IMG/VR virus record: IMGVR_UViG_3300035670_000049
Span: 32,001 to 96,000 of that record
Reading direction: 5' to 3' (one strand)
Length of the DNA: 64,000 bases
Origin: a virus
The notes below the pieces were generated by a model. It searched no databases. It saw nothing but the letters and a program-made list of their open reading frames with translations, and was not told the origin of the DNA. Positions 63,801 through 64,000 of this stretch are shown one piece after another. Position 1 is the first letter of the stretch; the number at the start of each line of letters is the position of its first letter. The position numbers were made by a program, and so were the translations under genes.

Positions 63801-64000
63801 AGCAACAAATGCAGCAGCAACATAAGCATTATAATCTTGTGTTCCGCCATAACTTTTAATTTCTGGAGCGCCCAAAAAGGCTTCAATTTCTTGGAAACCG
63901 GGGCTATACCCTGCTTGTGTTGGAGGAGCATTAACTTTAAACCAAGTAATATTGTCTTTACGAATAAACTTTGCAACAGTTGGACCCCAACCATTAGGAA
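60897..64000 (-). CDS. Large tail protein: LamG + AQA repeats + PA14 + C-terminal Dit-like domain (runs off right edge)
   Basis: SVEAWV...HHLVLTW..LYVDG..FSG.IDEVAIYN (LamG); FHLQSDDASR (PA14); frame is open to 64000. Confidence 0.82.
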   Translation of the reverse strand, partial: PNGWGPTVAKFIRKDNITWFKVNAPPTQAGYSPGFQEIEAFLGAPEIKSYGGTQDYNAYVAAAFVAPSSTQGLVDQSNTALSFAGTTALVVGATSSSIPYSNISTGSVEAWVQTASSSGTQAIVVKSTEWGLFINNGNISFYDYDNATMRQGPSISDDLRHHLVLTWSGTTGKLYVDGSLKLTATMVRNDSNFSTVAIGSSGFNTSQAFSGVIDEVAIYNTQLTDEQIRWHYSVVTGIQLAQAQTYILRNPAFAQAQASIQGNITFVFAQAEAYLSSPLAIISQSAQVQAQIILFQYAFGQAAALLARFNVCSQAQAAVIPQDGFLAYLFFQGSGYDHEVGTIENIWGISTPNMIKYDDGSNKPPGTGTRTSYFGVTAIGRFVADETGAWYFHLQSDDASRISIYNSANEIVGTVGAWPGGSAGGSWTGTINLTQGQEYKIIWQWSEGGGEAYVTYNHFRRPSEVNESWLTDSNPAPWMLVGTRYRWANAMAFITRRQCHAQAQADIWTTYNKFAQAQTRMVKDRISAIAQGMAFIFSPKHALAQARVKQVYQKYAQAQVSVTKYSKLMGHGLANALIKGKPWKNAYVMAFINDRKPHANANAYIKRGEFALANAQGKTIKPWKKIGYAQAAIHVYDQNAFALAMTTINQMQFTAQSVAKVIGYDYNRFGLAQAWILKGTQLAQAQARMYGEIYQVYAQSRAMIEKFTYNSGQARADILRQYRMYVQAQATIKYTNSLVFTTPIAFIKVKETYSKFGQAGALIGTLKTAQAQARIHDPRGYANAMAFVPMYKYVVKYNNYDLPGYAQNESYISSANLIEYSSPYKDGAPMENLGIRNKVISLRLKIVGNSHQELKQKAQMAATVLRSSRDNSYRKLYVGQLTNYYLVKPTKIQLETDVNKASKFVEYEVEFDTKPWLFGEQVFTLSGSTSINTGARSVTDGTWTPATVLLTGTNITVSGYTESGDFAGFISVSGTVSNLVINSESYTATINGVNKNNLMKNLDYAIYVGPGKTYFNITGATSTIISYRNRWDI

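Noticed and set aside
1-64000. CRISPR array, tRNA, tmRNA, integrase, reverse transcriptase/DGR, inteins
   Set aside because: I saw no regularly spaced repeat-spacer units, no T-loop/CCA cloverleaf and no recombinase or RT motifs by eye. PolA, NrdJ and DnaB have no obvious insertions.
1-64000. Stop-codon reassignment
   Set aside because: Long conserved genes are intact in the standard code, and TAG/TGA stops are often coupled to the next start.

Overview
This 64-kb window is part of a large tailed dsDNA phage genome (Caudoviricetes, siphovirus-like tail genes, about 40% GC by eye, standard code). I saw no integrase, tRNA or CRISPR array. The host is probably Actinomycetota or Chloroflexota (inference from an actinobacterial-type transglycosylase, a solo LuxR HTH and GAAAGGA-type RBSs). 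Layout from left to right: PolA (truncated at the left edge), DnaG and class II RNR; a + strand operon with a transglycosylase and a GuaB/GuaC-family enzyme; a low-coding, motif-rich region at 10-14.5 kb with strong sigma70 promoters and a probable ~350-390 nt structured ncRNA; two divergent arrays of small early genes (14.5-30.1 kb leftward, 30.8-39 kb rightward); a replication/recombination/nucleotide operon (SSB, DnaB, Cas4-like nuclease, dCMP deaminase, two dNMP-kinase paralogs, two C5-MTases, sigma-like protein); lysis genes with a glycosyltransferase; and tail genes (truncated at the right edge). Two observations stand out. (1) A 1.35-kb cassette (EndoVII-type HNH nuclease, small antisense gene, Dam-like MTase) sits in the 3' end of a gene and appears to repair it with a synonymously recoded copy of the last 16 codons: same peptide, 14/16 wobble bases different. 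The second copy of that tail is a translatable mini-ORF. (2) Three promoter-proximal genes for KRG(P)R-motif proteins are each enclosed by a long 5'UTR/3'UTR RNA stem of unrelated sequence, resembling rRNA RNase III processing stalks.
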